IMG/VR virus record: IMGVR_UViG_3300029288_000001
Span: 1-64,000 of that record
Strand: one strand, 5' to 3'
Length of the DNA: 64,000 nt
Origin: a virus
Lineage: Duplodnaviria; Caudoviricetes
The position numbers and the translations under genes are program-made. Shown piece by piece: positions 61,578-64,000 of this stretch. The notes beneath the pieces are model-generated. The model did no database searches, had not been told where the DNA came from, and worked only from the letters and a program-made list of their open reading frames with translations. The stretch's first letter is position 1. Every line of letters starts with the position of its first letter.

Positions 61578-62357
61578 TTTTCTTATCTCCTTCTATTTGT
61601 TCTAAGTCCTTGATCATTGCGCGGTATTTTATCATTACAGCTTTTAGTTGCGAACTCGTGTGGTCTAAGCCTAGCGATATTTCTTTAAAATATTGTTGTC
61701 CAGAAACGGACAGCGAAAACAGCTTTACAAACGGACAGGTTTCAAGTTGTTTGAAAAGTTTCTCTAAGTATTCTAACTCGTCCCTTGCCGTATTGATGAG
61801 GGTCGTTGCGTCTTCTTCTGCTTGGTAGATGGTAATTTTATTCATTACTTCTTCTTTTTTATCTTCCATTGTGTTGATCTTCCTCCAATTTAAGAATTCG
61901 CTTGATCAGTTCTCTGATAAGTTCGTCCTTCGCTCCTTTATCTAGGTAGCTCCAATCGGCTCCTTCGTCGATCACTAGTTTAAGCAAGTCTTTGGGTCGT
62001 TCCATCATTTTCTACTACGCCTCTTTCTTTCTTCTTTTAATTGCCTACGCGCTCGCGCTAGCTCTACATCAAGCTCGGTTATTCTTCTTCTCTTGAAAGA
62101 CATAGATTTTAGAACCATCGACCTATACCTCGATCGCTAACAGTTGTTTGATTAGTTCCTCGAAGCACGGCACGCACATGGGCTCGTTTCCGATACCGTA
62201 GCGCACCATCTTGTTGTAAGGTGCTTCATCGGCTGGTAAGAGCCCGTGCTCGCACCGTCGGCACCTGTACGGGTTCCTTACTTTCTCTACTGTATACGAA
62301 AACCGTATCTTGATAATTTCGATTTTCTTTACCAATTCCAATATTTCTTTCATTTCC

Positions 62358-63649
62358 ATTATTTCTTCTCCTCCTTGATATAAAAACTATTAAAATGTCG
62401 CACGATGTCGCGGATGTGTCCTTCTACGGATTCGTTGGATGGTCCTTTAAATGGATCTTCGCAGCTAATGATGTCGCAGTCCTCCGAGGTCGGATTATAA
62501 TATTCGCATTTGGGACAGATCACTTCTTCTCCTTGTGCTAACCTTCGCTTTAACTCTTCGTAGTCCATTATTCTTTCTTGCCCTCCAGTTTTAGTTTCTC
62601 TTCCTTGTCCTTGATTACATCTTCGACAATATCGCTGGCTTTTTCGAAGGTCAAGGCAAAGAGAAATCCCCATGCAAAGAAAATCCAACTTTCTTCTGGG
62701 ATGACGATCATCATCATAATAAATATAGCGATCGTTACCGCAGTCAGTATGGACACTACTACGAGTCTAAGTTTCCATAACATTATTTCTCTTCCGCCTC
62801 CAATTTCTTTAACTTTTCTACTTGGTCGGGGTCTCCGTATTCGCATATAATATCTTTAATAGTATCGAGAAGGAGATCATCCAAGACATCTTCCGCTAAA
62901 TGTCTGATCTGTGATTGAATGTCTAGTTCGTAGTCCATAATTAGTCTACCTCGTAGCCTTGTTTTTCCAGCCATTCCGCGAACATTTTCGTTGGTTTTCC
63001 CTGTCGCACCGCGATCCTATTGGTGTTCTCTCGGGAGAACGCGTTGATAAGACCTTGGTATTCGTCTGAGCTTATAGGAGGTAGTTTCTTTAATATCTTC
63101 GTCTCGCCGTTCTTTTCCGCGATTTCTACGAGCTTGTCTTCTAAGTTTTCTTCTTTCTTCGTCGCTTTCAAGATTTCGCCTTTACTATATTCCACTTCTT
63201 CTGGATGTTCTTCCATGTAGAGAACCATACGGTCTAAGTCGCTATCGGGTATCGTGCGCGAGGTGTCGATCGTGCAAGTCGTGTCGGTGCAGTTCGTCTT
63301 GTTATCGTATATAACCGTGTCCGTGTTCGCGTCGTTAATGGTGTAGTTAAAGTCCGTGGTCGTAGTCGCGTTGATCGCCTTCTTCCCTTTCTTTTTAGTC
63401 AACCATTTCTTGAGTCCCATATTATTTCTTCTCCTCCTTCCTTTCTTTAAGTTGTTGCATAATGTCTTTGTGGATGGCGGCGTCTAAGAGTTTTTTAATT
63501 TTCTCTCGACTCTTTGGGTCAGTAAGGTAAACCCATTCTAAGATACGATAAAAGAACTCGTCGCATTCCTGAACGGTGGACCCATTCCACGCATCGTCAA
63601 TGGTGACCTCCTTTTCAAATTCGAACATAGGCATTATTTCTTCTCCTCC
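62358..63649. repeat. Three copies of a 17-nt gene-junction repeat (mRNA sense GGAGGAGAAGAAATAAT)
   Basis: At 62358-62374, 63421-63437 and 63633-63649; each carries the SD and the EEKK-stop just before the next start. Confidence 0.8.
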
Positions 63650-63813
63650 GTATCGTGTAACATCCTTCCTAGCGTGTGATTACTTCCCAGAGTGATTAAG
63701 AATTTAAAAGTAGCTACGTCGGTTTTTAACCCTTCGTGTTTCTTAATTTCTTCAAATGTTTCTACGAACTCTTGATCTAACTCTATTTGATATTTGTGTT
63801 TAAAATGTGTCAT
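63634..63813 (-). CDS. Small RHH-like protein, first gene of an operon; not in the ORF track
   Basis: KYQIELDQEFVETFEEIKKHEGLKTDVATFKFLI; TTTAAATA about 28 nt upstream, a leaderless geometry. Confidence 0.55.
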   Translation of the reverse strand: MTHFKHKYQIELDQEFVETFEEIKKHEGLKTDVATFKFLITLGSNHTLGRMLHDTEEKK

Positions 63814-64000
63814 GATGTAATACTTATTCGTGTGTTGTAATATTTAAATATTTATATCAATAAATAAATAATTAGAGATCGAGAAATTTAGATTCTTTTC
63901 TTTTCTTCGTATACGCCTTGCGCATTACAAAGTTCCACGACTTGTTACGGTCTATAAACAACCACATTACATCCCACAACCAGTCTAGAACCTTTAAAAC

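Larger units (their letters stand above)
23581..64000 (-). other. Dense early/accessory gene array with many additional small, often CxxC-containing hypothetical genes not listed individually
   Basis: Near-continuous minus-strand coding with ATGA/TAATG overlaps and purine-rich SD sites. Confidence 0.8.

Noticed and set aside
1-64000. tRNA or rRNA genes
   Set aside because: No cloverleaf or T-loop signature recognised by eye in the few intergenic gaps. tRNAscan-SE or ARAGORN should confirm.

Overview
A 64-kb internal segment of a large, gene-dense virus-like genome, most likely infecting an archaeon and possibly an Asgard/Lokiarchaeia host (inference). Host evidence: TATA-like boxes about 25-30 nt before short ribbon-helix-helix genes, GGAGG/GAGGTG Shine-Dalgarno sites, Pth2, an ERCC4 nuclease, a TFB-like cyclin fragment and PIP-box-like tails. 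The region 4.2-23.6 kb is a plus-strand, apparently structural block. It holds small beta-rich proteins, a 1584-aa repeat protein, beta-helix proteins, five tandem lectin-like paralogues with constant ends, and a five-member coiled-coil family, and is interrupted by an inverted RHH+HNH insert. The region 23.6-64 kb is an almost entirely minus-strand run of many small genes, including two RNA ligases, Thg1, Pth2, NADAR, a nucleotidyltransferase, PD-(D/E)xK and ERCC4 nucleases, SPFH and an ATP-cone protein. The most striking signal is systematic ACG initiation: about 17 genes appear to start at ACG, and one probably at ATT, usually right after an SD and just behind the previous stop. In several of them family-defining motifs lie upstream of any ATG/GTG/TTG, and some of these genes are missing from the supplied ORF track. 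Other highlights are a gene built from in-frame cassettes bounded by short direct repeats and an EKTCPEDF-x-EV motif shared by three unrelated proteins. I recognised no tRNA, CRISPR array, reverse transcriptase, terminase or HK97 capsid. All family assignments come from motif recognition by eye, not from database searches.
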